Shown piece after piece: positions 8,145-17,267 of a DNA stretch of 64,000 bases. Positions within the stretch are counted from its first letter, which is position 1; each line of letters opens with the position of its first letter. The position numbers and the translations under genes are program-made. A model generated the notes under the pieces. That model worked only from the letters and a program-made list of their open reading frames with translations, was not told where the DNA came from and did no database searches. Location of the stretch: assembly GCA_001782825.1 (NCBI GenBank), contig MFPS01000006.1:3351-67350 (forward strand). The letters run 5' to 3'. This DNA is from Candidatus Magasanikbacteria bacterium RIFCSPHIGHO2_01_FULL_33_34 (GTDB taxonomy: Bacteria; Patescibacteriota; Patescibacteriia; Magasanikbacterales; UBA922).

Positions 8145-10133
8145 TTATTCTACAATTATAAGTGAGTTTCCATCCCCATCATCTTCCAAAGGACACTCTG
8201 CCAAAGGCAAACCACTTTCATCAAAACAATTTTCAATCTTTTCTTCAACTCCTACCAAACAAATCTCTGGCAAAGGTCTATAATAACTCTCAAAAACTGT
8301 TTCTTCTACTTCTCCACTTGATAATTTTCTAACATACTTGAAACTTGCTTCTGCACCCTTAAACGCATGCTGACATTTTTCCGTACCTACAGGCAAACTG
8401 GTTGTTTCAATATATTGAGTTGGTCCAGTTGGTATCCACTTTTCTACCACTGGAGACTCATAATAACCACTCCGACCATCACTTGTTCCCCACAAAGTAA
8501 AGTATAATTTTTGTTCTTCCAAATCCATATAAGTCTGGATCAATATATGATTGCCAGTATCATTTTTAAATCTAAAATCAGGCGCTGGATCATAAAGCGT
8601 CGCATCAGTACCCGGCAAACCATTTTGTAAATCATTATAATAATTAACTACCAAAGAATGATTTCTTCTCTCTACAATAGGCATAGCAGAATTCATCGCC
8701 ATTCTAAACAATGTAGTTCCTATTTGACACAAACCACCACCAATCTCTGGCTTAATCTCGTCCCCCTTAATAACTAATTCTGGAAAATAACCGCCTTCTA
8801 TTGTATATGGTTTTGTATATTTAATTGCAGAAAACTCTTCATTTGGTTTCAACAATATCCCATTCAACTTGTCTACACCATTTTTTATATTTTTTATTCT
8901 ATTTTGTGGACTACCTGAAAAATCTGAAATGCCCACTCCCAAAATTTCTGTAATACCTAGATTATTTGCCTCACCAGTATTTACATTTGGCTCACTTTTT
9001 TTAGTTATCACTTGGACAATTTTAGCTATACCTTCATTATGAACACTCCTATCAATTATCGCTTGATTAATTGCCTCATAGGTCTTATCAATATCCAATT
9101 CAACTCCTGCGCGAGATCCTTGAAATTCCACTACCTTACCATCATCATCTACTTGAAACTTAGCATCTCTGGCATCTATATTAATTTTTGGTGAAACCAA
9201 TGTTTCTAAATAATCAACCACTAATTTTTTATTCAATCCAAAAGCCAAGTTTTTTTCTGATACATTGTGTACTTCAAGCCAATCAGAAATTTTACCAATA
9301 TCTATCAACCAATCATAGGCTACTTTAGTTTCTGGATTTTTGTATGTAATAGAAATATTACCATTATCAAACACACTTTCAAGTCTATTGGTTATATTAT
9401 TGACATCATTTTCTAAAACTGTCGGCAAAACTTCTTTATTATTTATATTTACATAAGGTACTTCCAATACTGACCATGCAAACTTCAACTTTGCAACTGT
9501 TTCTTCATACAAATATACATTTCCAACTGATGAGCTAGTTACTTCATAATCCAATGGATTTAAATTATTTATTTTTACAGAAGCATCCATTGGCATTACT
9601 TCATATTGGGCTAACTTTTCTGATATTTCATAAATAAGTTTATCCTTGTCTATAATTATATTTTTAAGTTTGATAGACGGTTTAGAAAAACGCATTTTTA
9701 CAAAATCAATTGACCGCAATAACAATCCATTGTCTTTTTTATAATTCATTATTCTTTCTACCTCACTATCAATATCAATATACATAAACTCAATAGCATT
9801 GTCTTCTGTAACAATAACTGGTTGTAACAAAAATTCTTTTTGCTGACCACTAAAATTAAAAGTAAAATGAAAACCTTCGCTTAATAATTTGTCACTCATT
9901 GAATGCAAAAAATTTTTAAGCTGACTCTCAGTCATACCACCAACAGAAACATTGCCAATATGCAATCCAGGAGCAACTTTATTGTTATAATCTTTTGCTT
10001 GTATCAAAATAACTGCCAACAAAAAACCAAACAATAAAAGCACTACTCCCAAAAATATAAAAACACGATGCCATTTAAATACCGCCCGCTCTTTCATAAA
10101 TTTTTTATCAAACAAATCAGCCATAATTAACAT
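8145..10133 (-). CDS. VanW family protein: N-terminal TM anchor, repeated extracytoplasmic domains, VanW domain, and a Cys-rich acidic C-terminal tail
   Basis: The TM segment is VFIFLGVVLLLFGFLLAVILI. The VanW-type core is GDEIKPEIGGGLCQIGTTLFRMAMNSAMPIVERRNHS. The C-terminal 60 aa contain 5 Cys and a DDGDGN motif. Confidence 0.75.
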   Translation of the reverse strand: MLIMADLFDKKFMKERAVFKWHRVFIFLGVVLLLFGFLLAVILIQAKDYNNKVAPGLHIGNVSVGGMTESQLKNFLHSMSDKLLSEGFHFTFNFSGQQKEFLLQPVIVTEDNAIEFMYIDIDSEVERIMNYKKDNGLLLRSIDFVKMRFSKPSIKLKNIIIDKDKLIYEISEKLAQYEVMPMDASVKINNLNPLDYEVTSSSVGNVYLYEETVAKLKFAWSVLEVPYVNINNKEVLPTVLENDVNNITNRLESVFDNGNISITYKNPETKVAYDWLIDIGKISDWLEVHNVSEKNLAFGLNKKLVVDYLETLVSPKINIDARDAKFQVDDDGKVVEFQGSRAGVELDIDKTYEAINQAIIDRSVHNEGIAKIVQVITKKSEPNVNTGEANNLGITEILGVGISDFSGSPQNRIKNIKNGVDKLNGILLKPNEEFSAIKYTKPYTIEGGYFPELVIKGDEIKPEIGGGLCQIGTTLFRMAMNSAMPIVERRNHSLVVNYYNDLQNGLPGTDATLYDPAPDFRFKNDTGNHILIQTYMDLEEQKLYFTLWGTSDGRSGYYESPVVEKWIPTGPTQYIETTSLPVGTEKCQHAFKGAEASFKYVRKLSSGEVEETVFESYYRPLPEICLVGVEEKIENCFDESGLPLAECPLEDDGDGNSLIIVE

Positions 10134-10284
10134 TTAAACATGAAAACATATAAACATTTCCGACCATTCTGTGGTACATTCCCTAGACTAAGTCATGAGG
10201 ATCTATTATACCACCATCGGATCTATAATCGGGTTTGGGATGACACATGTTTGTATGTTTATATGTTTAAATGTTTGTATGTTA
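10129..10284. repeat. inverted arms of an octamer tandem repeat (AAACATAY)n / (RTATGTTT)n flanking a 70-bp core that carries an extended -10 for the VanW-like gene
   Basis: Left arm aacatttaaacatgaaaacatataaacattt lies at 10129-10159. Right arm acatgtttgtatgtttatatgtttaaatgtttgtatgtta lies at 10245-10284. The core reads TGGTATAAT on the minus strand (ccaccatcgg... gives ggtggtataat when reverse-complemented). Confidence 0.6.
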
Positions 10285-10782
10285 ATTCTCCACCACTTTT
10301 ATTTTAATCTTTGAATCCATTTTTTTCTTTGGGATTAAAATAGATAAAATTCCATTTTCATATTTTGCTTTGGCACTATCCCCTTTTACATCTACTGGCA
10401 AAACTACTGTTCTAGAAAATTTACCCCAAAAACATTCTTGATGAATAAAATTACCGTCCCCAATTTCATCTTTTGGCATAACTCGTTCGCCTTTTATAGT
10501 AAGCAAATCATTGTGAACATAAACTTCAATCCTAGAGGCATTGGCCCCAGCCATGGTTGATAATACTACAATATTTTTGTCATTATTGATGACATCAATC
10601 GCCAGTTGACCTTCTTGGTGATCTTCATGCCAATCATCTATAGTAGACTTTTCTGATAACACGGCTGACGCAAACATTGGTCTGTCTTTGGAAATATTTT
10701 TGGGATCAAAAACATAATCCCCTCCTGCGGACTTCAAAATCATCTCAAATACATCCCCATCTTTTTTATCTTGATTATACAT
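10282..10782 (-). CDS. Hsp20/alpha-crystallin family small heat-shock protein
   Basis: 166 aa. The alpha-crystallin domain region (IEVYVHNDLLTIKGER...YENGILSILIPKK) matches the IbpA/Hsp20 pattern. Confidence 0.85.
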   Translation of the reverse strand: MYNQDKKDGDVFEMILKSAGGDYVFDPKNISKDRPMFASAVLSEKSTIDDWHEDHQEGQLAIDVINNDKNIVVLSTMAGANASRIEVYVHNDLLTIKGERVMPKDEIGDGNFIHQECFWGKFSRTVVLPVDVKGDSAKAKYENGILSILIPKKKMDSKIKIKVVEN

Positions 10783-10847
10783 ATTTTTCTACTTTTATTT
10801 ATATATAATACCATAAATATTCAAACATATAAACATTTATCTTTATA

Positions 10848-10876
10848 TATTGACTTTCAACGAAAAATATAGTAAT
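10848..10876 (+). promoter_or_regulatory. candidate promoter TTGACT-N17-TAATAT upstream of the tRNA at 10964
   Basis: ttgact (10848-10853), a 17-nt spacer, then taatat (10871-10876), about 88 bp upstream of the tRNA. Confidence 0.4.
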
Positions 10877-10963
10877 ATCTGTCTATAAATACACCCTATT
10901 TTAACTACCAATTACATAAAATAGTTGCATCATGCTGTGTATATCATGCATCATGAATTTCAT

Positions 10964-11050
10964 GGAGAGATGGCCGAGTGGTTTAAGGCAGCAGTTTACT
11001 AAACTGCCGGGCTCGCAAGGGCCTCTAGAGTTCGAATCTCTATCTCTCCG
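10964..11050 (+). tRNA. class-II tRNA (long variable arm, G73; Ser-type) with anticodon loop TTACTAA, so the apparent anticodon is ACU; no encoded CCA
   Basis: Acceptor GGAGAGA/TCTCTCC (7 bp), a 3-bp D stem GCC/GGC, anticodon stem GCAGT/ACTGC, long variable arm GGGCTCGCAAGGGCC, and T arm TAGAG-TTCGAAT-CTCTA. Confidence 0.75.
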
Positions 11051-11095
11051 CTCTCACCCGCCGAAGCTTTAGCGAAGGCAGGCAACCAACAATGT

Positions 11096-11437
11096 ATGTT
11101 AATCAAAAAATCAGAAGCAAGAAAAAAACAAGCCTCCCCAGATTGTGCTGTTTGGGAGTATGAATATCCCAGCAAAAATTTTAGTTTTGCAACTTCGTTT
11201 ATTAACGGTCGCTATCCACAAGAACAAAAAGCAAGCAATACAAAATGCGAAGAAGTATATTATGTTATTTCCGGATCTGGCAAAGTCCATTCGGACAAAG
11301 GCGATTTTGTTATAAACCCTGGTGATTTATACTTTTTTGAAAAGGGAGAGATTTATTGGGTTGAAGGCAAACAATTATTGCTCTCTATAGTCAACGCTCC
11401 AGCTTGGACTCCGGAGCAGCACAAAATAATTGACTAA
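11096..11437 (+). CDS. cupin-domain protein
   Basis: 113 aa. The small beta-barrel pattern (VYYVISGSGKVHSDKGDFVINPGDLYFFEKGEIYWVEG) is typical of cupin_2. Confidence 0.55.
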   Translation: MLIKKSEARKKQASPDCAVWEYEYPSKNFSFATSFINGRYPQEQKASNTKCEEVYYVISGSGKVHSDKGDFVINPGDLYFFEKGEIYWVEGKQLLLSIVNAPAWTPEQHKIID

Positions 11438-11491
11438 ATCCTTATTTTAAGCGAAAATATTCTAGTCTTTGGCATTTAAAAGCCAACACCT

Positions 11492-11579
<88 letters not shown>

Positions 11580-11697
11580 AATTGTACTTTTTGCGAAATT
11601 GAAAAGATTCCAAAAAAACAAAACCTCCCACAACACATAGTCAAGCTATGTATTAATGAGAGGCGGAAACCACAAAGTTAAAGCATATTCAAGTCCC

Positions 11698-12105
11698 TCA
11701 CTCCTCTTTGCAAGGGCGCAAAGCTATAGCGTAATCATGTAATAACTCATCTTCCATTCTACGAAAAAAATGTTCTAGCCCACCTTCCTTATGATACGTC
11801 AGGCACGCCACAGTAGCCGGACCACCACCAGGTAGATGACAATCAGTAAATAGAAAAACCCCATCAGGAAATTTACTTAATACTTGTTGATGATAACTCG
11901 TTACATGACGCAAATGATCCTCTCCCACATTTGCACGCATTCTTTCAATTCTACCAACTATATCACCAAATTGAGCTCCTGTATCTTTCAAAATGATCGC
12001 TTCATACACACGCACATCACCAGTCTCATTACACCCAATAGATAATTTAAATATCTCTGTGTCTACCATGTTTTTCCCCTTGCTTTCTTTTTGTTGTGAT
12101 TTCAT
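11698..12105 (-). CDS. hypothetical protein (135 aa); family not recognised
   Basis: ORF with a plausible K-rich N-terminus. It carries CHLPGGGPATVAC and HLRHVTSYH motifs, with no confident family match. Confidence 0.45.
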   Translation of the reverse strand: MKSQQKESKGKNMVDTEIFKLSIGCNETGDVRVYEAIILKDTGAQFGDIVGRIERMRANVGEDHLRHVTSYHQQVLSKFPDGVFLFTDCHLPGGGPATVACLTYHKEGGLEHFFRRMEDELLHDYAIALRPCKEE

Positions 12106-12222
12106 CTACCAAAAGTAGATAAAATATAATATTATATTTTATACAATTTGTCAAGTTATAATATTTAATTGATTTAAGTATGCAAAAATGATATATTTAG
12201 TATATATATTTAATCATTAAAT

Positions 12223-13017
12223 ATGAATTTACCTTCTATCTCTCAACTCATCAATCTTAACAACAAAACCGCTATTGTAACTGGTGGCGCAATGGGTATA
12301 GGTTTTGGCATTGCCTATCGTCTAGCCGAAGCTGGAGCTAATGTAGTGATTGCCGATATCAATAATGAAGTAGGAAAAAACGCTGCAAAAAAATTAAATG
12401 ACAATGGCTGGAAAGCAGTCTTTGTAAAAACTGATGCTGCAAATGAAAAAAATGTAAAACAAACAGTTGAATTTACTATAAAAACTTATGGCGATATCAA
12501 TATATTGGTAAATAATGCCGGTATTTATCCAATCACACCTATCAAACAAATGCTACTAAGTGATTTTGAAAAAATCATGGCAGCCAACCTAAAAAGTGTT
12601 TTTATGTTTACCAAAGCAGTTACTGAAATAATGATTAAACAAGGCAATGGTGGCAAAATAATTAATATTACATCAATTGATGCCTTACATCCTTCATCTG
12701 TAGGACTAGCTGCATATGATGCTTCCAAACACGGGCTATGGGGTTTCACCAAAAATACAGCTCTAGAATTTGCATCAAACAATATACAAATCAATGCCAT
12801 AGCACCTGGCGGTATTAGTACACCAGGTACAGGGGCTGGCAAACCAACAACTCCAGAAATGAAAGTCATCCTTAAAAAATTCTTGAACAAAATCCCAATG
12901 AAACGTATGGGCGAACCAGATGACATTGGAAAAGTTGCCCTATTTCTTGCTTCTGACCTTTCAAGTTATATGACAGGTTCACAGATTGTAGTTGATGGTG
13001 GTGTTCTACTTTCTTAA
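12223..13017 (+). CDS. SDR family NAD(P)-dependent oxidoreductase (FabG/glucose-1-dehydrogenase-like)
   Basis: TGGAMGIGFGIA Rossmann motif, NNAG, and catalytic YDASKHG (YxxxK). Confidence 0.85.
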   Translation: MNLPSISQLINLNNKTAIVTGGAMGIGFGIAYRLAEAGANVVIADINNEVGKNAAKKLNDNGWKAVFVKTDAANEKNVKQTVEFTIKTYGDINILVNNAGIYPITPIKQMLLSDFEKIMAANLKSVFMFTKAVTEIMIKQGNGGKIINITSIDALHPSSVGLAAYDASKHGLWGFTKNTALEFASNNIQINAIAPGGISTPGTGAGKPTTPEMKVILKKFLNKIPMKRMGEPDDIGKVALFLASDLSSYMTGSQIVVDGGVLLS

Positions 13018-13097
13018 ATATAAATAATTAATCATAATTTAATATCTAATATAAAGAAGCCCTAGAACGGGGCTTCTTGTGAAACAACAAATTTTAC

Positions 13098-13838
13098 TTA
13101 CCATATTACTCCAATACCAAATGACAAACGAATTTCATTTTTACTATAGAATAAATCTGTTTCAAAATGTACTGGTTCAATATTAATATCAAGTGTACTA
13201 ATGCTACCTGGATATGTCTCATTACTAACATCATTAGGCAAATAAACAGTTGCCAATTCCGTCCCCAACACATAAAGATCATGAACATTATGAGTATAAA
13301 TAATTCTCCATTCATAAGCCATACCCGTTCTAAGTTCAATGTTTGTATTGAGTACCAATCTCGAACCAAAGTTCAAGTCTACATCATAACGAATTAACGG
13401 CGCTGACAGACTTGGTATGAAAATAAAAAACTTTTCCTTCTTGATTGAGATAACCTCAGCCAATCCCATTGTAAGTTCATTAACAATATTTTCACTAGAA
13501 TAAATCGTTCTGGTACCTGACAGCAAAGCTGACAAACCAAAACGAAAAAACTTATTTGGATTGGTAATAGTAAGCCTCAAACCTGTATAACGCTTACCTT
13601 TTCTTTCGCCATTGAGTATATAGCTACGTGATCTGGCAACAGTTATGTCATGTCCGCTACCCATAGTATATTTTTGCAAATGCTTTTTTTCTTCTTTTTT
13701 ATTTTTTACATCAGGAGTATTTTTATCCTGAATAGAAACCTCGCCACCACCTGGCAAATAATCCAAAAAAGTTGTCATCTTGCCTTGAGTAGAAATACAG
13801 CCAATAAAAAGAACATAAAAAACACATAAAAATTTCAC
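13098..13838 (-). CDS. secreted or lipoprotein-like beta-rich protein with a C-terminal aromatic residue (beta-barrel-like)
   Basis: The N-terminus MKFLCVFYVLFIGCIS is a signal or lipobox-like. The sequence has alternating hydrophobic beta-strand patterning and ends ...RLSFGIGVIW. Confidence 0.45.
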   Translation of the reverse strand: MKFLCVFYVLFIGCISTQGKMTTFLDYLPGGGEVSIQDKNTPDVKNKKEEKKHLQKYTMGSGHDITVARSRSYILNGERKGKRYTGLRLTITNPNKFFRFGLSALLSGTRTIYSSENIVNELTMGLAEVISIKKEKFFIFIPSLSAPLIRYDVDLNFGSRLVLNTNIELRTGMAYEWRIIYTHNVHDLYVLGTELATVYLPNDVSNETYPGSISTLDINIEPVHFETDLFYSKNEIRLSFGIGVIW

Positions 13839-13957
13839 GTTTTCCTCCTATAAAAGTAAATTGTTGTCCTATTAATTACTATAGCATTAAAAAATATCAC
13901 TAGCAAATTTATATATTGACAATCAATAAAATATAGGATATTATGTTAAAGATCAAT

Positions 13958-14047
13958 GGAAGGGTGGCAGAGCGGTCGAATGCGACGGTCTTGAAAACCG
14001 TTGAGCCTGAAAGGGTTCCGTGGGTTCGAATCCCACCCCTTCCGCCA
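13958..14047 (+). tRNA. tRNA-Ser (anticodon UGA), class II, CCA encoded
   Basis: Acceptor GGAAGGG/CCCTTCC, D stem GCA/TGC, anticodon stem-loop ACGGT-CTTGAAA-ACCGT, long variable arm, T arm GTGGG-TTCGAAT-CCCAC, G73, then CCA. Confidence 0.85.
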
Positions 14048-14057
14048 AAATATACAT

Positions 14058-14726
14058 TTACCTACCCCTAAACAATGTAAAAGCATAAATACCTTTTACT
14101 TTTTTATTTTCAAATAATTGAGAACATTCATGAATCGTAGCGCCGGTTGTATACACGTCATCAATCAATAATACAACCTTATTTGAAAAATAATATTTTT
14201 TATTTAACTCAAATGCATTTTTTATATTATCTTCTCTTTCAGATTTATTCAAACGTGCTTGATTTTTGGTATATCTGATTCTATATATTGCATCATTTAA
14301 AACTGCTTTATTTAATATTTTGCCCACAACTTGAGCTATCATTTCTGACTGATTGAAACCTCTTTCTGCATATTTGCGTGGATGCAAAGGTACTGGAATT
14401 ATAAAATCAATATTTTTAAAATACTCTAATCTTATCTCAAAATATTTTAAAATAATTGACTCAAACAAACCAAAAACTTCTTCGCTAAATTCATATTTAA
14501 AAATTTTAAATGCTTTACCCAATAATGATTCTTCATAATATTGTAATGCTGAAAATAAAACTTTTATATTAGACATTTTTTTGTCAAAAAATTCAGTAGA
14601 ATCTACTACTTCAAACCTATTTTTGCAACTCTCACAAACCCAACACCCCTCAACACCACATCCCAAACAAAAAATTGGGAATAAATAATCCTTTGCAACT
14701 TTTTTAATTTCTTTTAAAATCAACAT
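14058..14726 (-). CDS. comFC: ComF family protein (ComFC/GntX): double zinc ribbon plus phosphoribosyltransferase domain
   Basis: CLGCG...CWVCESC zinc ribbons, IPVPLHPRKYAERGFNQSE, and the PRTase motif VVLLIDDVYTTGATI. Confidence 0.8.
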   Translation of the reverse strand: MLILKEIKKVAKDYLFPIFCLGCGVEGCWVCESCKNRFEVVDSTEFFDKKMSNIKVLFSALQYYEESLLGKAFKIFKYEFSEEVFGLFESIILKYFEIRLEYFKNIDFIIPVPLHPRKYAERGFNQSEMIAQVVGKILNKAVLNDAIYRIRYTKNQARLNKSEREDNIKNAFELNKKYYFSNKVVLLIDDVYTTGATIHECSQLFENKKVKGIYAFTLFRGR

Positions 14727-14760
14727 AAATTAAATAACGAACTTTCGTTCGCTATTTTTA

Positions 14761-15369
14761 TTAATCCCATACAAATTTATCCACCAACCACTGATTTTCT
14801 ACTACCTCAACCAGATCAACATGACCTGTTTTGTATTCTATTTCTTCACTCCCTCGTTTTTTCTTGGTCACTTTTGCCTGCACTTTGATAACCGCCCTGA
14901 TATCAAACAATCTTTCCATTTCAGTTGAAAAAACTTCAGTAATAACCCCCTCATAATCCCGTGATTGTGGAATTATTTGAGTATTTATCCATTGTTCCAT
15001 TTTGTCAGTAGACATATCCAACGCATCTTGTATATGAGTATTATCATTTTGATTTGAATAACTATTAAATCTTTCAGTAAAAATACTGGCCAATTGCCTC
15101 AAATATTGCTCGGTTACATCTTGTTTTGGTACGCCATCGGCCAACAAATTAACATTGGTGTTATAGAATATTCCTGTATCAATATCTTGAAATGCTTCTC
15201 CATTTTTGCCAACGACAGGAAAAGTATTATCTTTTTGATCAATTATATTATTATTTGAGTCAATTACTTCAGGCTTATCTTTCAAAAAAAATAATAATAA
15301 AAATATTACTATAATAATCCCGGCAATTAAACCAGAAAATACGAATATTTTTTTTCTAAGTGTCATCAT
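14761..15369 (-). CDS. bitopic membrane protein; possible VirB8-like T4SS component (N-terminal TM plus an extracytoplasmic domain of about 170 aa)
   Basis: One TM segment (IFVFSGLIAGIIIVIFLLLFFL). It lies immediately downstream of the VirB4 ATPase in the same strand block. Confidence 0.4.
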   Translation of the reverse strand: MMTLRKKIFVFSGLIAGIIIVIFLLLFFLKDKPEVIDSNNNIIDQKDNTFPVVGKNGEAFQDIDTGIFYNTNVNLLADGVPKQDVTEQYLRQLASIFTERFNSYSNQNDNTHIQDALDMSTDKMEQWINTQIIPQSRDYEGVITEVFSTEMERLFDIRAVIKVQAKVTKKKRGSEEIEYKTGHVDLVEVVENQWLVDKFVWD

Positions 15370-15381
15370 ATAATTTTTTTA

Positions 15382-17253
15382 TTATTTCTGCTCCGCAGCC
15401 TCTTTTTCAAATTGTTTTTTGGCTTTTTCAATATCCAAAAGCTGTTTAGGATCAGAAGTGATTAATTGATCTTCAGTATAAGATGCGACAACTCTGATAG
15501 CCGCATGCTTAAGTCCAGCAAAAAATATTCCTTCACCCAAGGCACTTTCCAGCAACAAGAACTTCTCACCCTCTGTCAACATAAATACTTTTTGTATCAT
15601 ATCTATTGATGCTGGCGACTGTCGAAGTAATAATTGTAGAGCTGAATTTGTTACAATAGATTGTCCATAAGGTGAACGCAAAAAATCATTTACATCCTGA
15701 GTAATAGTTGTCACTCCCAAATAATATTTTCTACACCTCTTGACCAATGCATAAATAAACTTAGCACTATCTTCATGAGTCATCAACCACCATGCCTCAT
15801 CAATCACCAATATTCTTTTCTTTCTTTCAGATCGAACAACATTCCAAATATAATTTACCAAAGTATAAATCGCCATCGGACGCAACTCATCTTCCAAATC
15901 ACGAACACTAAATATAACCAACTGATTATTCATCTGCACAGTTGTTGGTGAATTAAATAATCCAGAAAAAGTACCATCAGTATATTTATGCAACAAGACT
16001 GCCAAATTCCCCGCCCCCTCCATACCTTCCAAAACATCTAACAAATCCTGCATTATCGGAGGCTCAATTGTTGCCAAATCACTACTTGACGAAATATCTT
16101 TCTTGGCAAAAGTTTCCAAAAGAGCTCTATCCATAATAGAATCTTCTTCAGTAGTCATATTGCCAAACATAATTCTAACTAAACCTTTGAGGGTAATAAC
16201 CGCGCTTCTAATAATATCTTCTGTAGAAACATCATAACCAACTGGACGTGGCAAATCAAATGGATTAACTTTACTTTCAGATGCTAATGAAATATTAATA
16301 TATGATCCACCAACCGCATCTGACATTTGTCTATATTCCATTTCAGGGTCAATGATAATCACGTCTGTCCCCATCATAAGACTGCGCAAAATTTCCAATT
16401 TTACAGCATAAGATTTTCCAGCCCCAGATGTAGCAAATACCACCATATTAGCATTTTGAAGAGAAAACCTGTCAAACAATATCAAACTATTATTATGCCT
16501 ATTTATTCCATACAATATTCCATTATCACTGCTAAGTTCTGAGGAAATAAATGGAAATGAAGATGCAATCGGGGACGAATTCATATTGAATGCTACGGAT
16601 ATTTCATCAATTGCCAGTGGTAATGTAGAATTAAATCCTTGTTCTGCTTGAAACAAAACTTTTTTTGTATTAATCAATTTGCCACCAAATATATTTTGTA
16701 CTTCATCAGTTATTCTATCCAAATCTTCAACACTCTTGGCATAAATAGTAACATAAAAAGCAAACTGAAAAAAATGTTCAGTGCCTTGAGTAAGACTATC
16801 TCGAAGCTGTTCAATATCCCGCAAAGCAGTCTCACGAACCGGATCGCGAGGAGCGCCTTTTTCTGTATCTGCTGTAATCTGAGCCTCAATTGTACCTACT
16901 TTTTTCTTCAATTGTTTCAAAATTATTGATGATTGAACTGGATAAAAAAACATTGATATATCCATACTTACATTCAAATTCAAAATAGGCGCGCTCCAGC
17001 CAACCGAAATAAATCTAGGATAAGAAACAACAAAAATTGTCCGCAAAAAAATATCTGATAATTGAATAAAATTTGGATCAACTTTAAAAGATGAAGGTGC
17101 AATTAAATCCTTGATAGTAACTGTGCCTTCGCGGTATACCCTTTCCTCTTCCAAAGTAATAAGCTCATCCTTTACATCTCTTTTCTTTATTTTACTTACT
17201 TTTTCTTTTTTACTTTCTTTTTTTAGGCTAATTGTAGGTTTGAATGCTGTCAT
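15382..17253 (-). CDS. type IV secretion system ATPase, VirB4/TraC/TrbE family
   Basis: Walker A FATSGAGKSYAV and Walker B ILVIDEAWW. The Gram-positive-type N-terminal region reads IAPSSFKV...NFIQLSDIFLRTIFVVSYPRFIS. Length is 623 aa. Confidence 0.9.
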   Translation of the reverse strand: MTAFKPTISLKKESKKEKVSKIKKRDVKDELITLEEERVYREGTVTIKDLIAPSSFKVDPNFIQLSDIFLRTIFVVSYPRFISVGWSAPILNLNVSMDISMFFYPVQSSIILKQLKKKVGTIEAQITADTEKGAPRDPVRETALRDIEQLRDSLTQGTEHFFQFAFYVTIYAKSVEDLDRITDEVQNIFGGKLINTKKVLFQAEQGFNSTLPLAIDEISVAFNMNSSPIASSFPFISSELSSDNGILYGINRHNNSLILFDRFSLQNANMVVFATSGAGKSYAVKLEILRSLMMGTDVIIIDPEMEYRQMSDAVGGSYINISLASESKVNPFDLPRPVGYDVSTEDIIRSAVITLKGLVRIMFGNMTTEEDSIMDRALLETFAKKDISSSSDLATIEPPIMQDLLDVLEGMEGAGNLAVLLHKYTDGTFSGLFNSPTTVQMNNQLVIFSVRDLEDELRPMAIYTLVNYIWNVVRSERKKRILVIDEAWWLMTHEDSAKFIYALVKRCRKYYLGVTTITQDVNDFLRSPYGQSIVTNSALQLLLRQSPASIDMIQKVFMLTEGEKFLLLESALGEGIFFAGLKHAAIRVVASYTEDQLITSDPKQLLDIEKAKKQFEKEAAEQK

Positions 17254-17267
17254 AATATATTTTAGAC

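Noticed and set aside
13021-13097. Hairpin aagaagccc/gggcttctt after the SDR gene as a strong terminator
   Set aside because: The stem is clear, but neither strand has a convincing U-run. It may still act as a weak bidirectional terminator between the convergent genes, but it is not listed as a feature.
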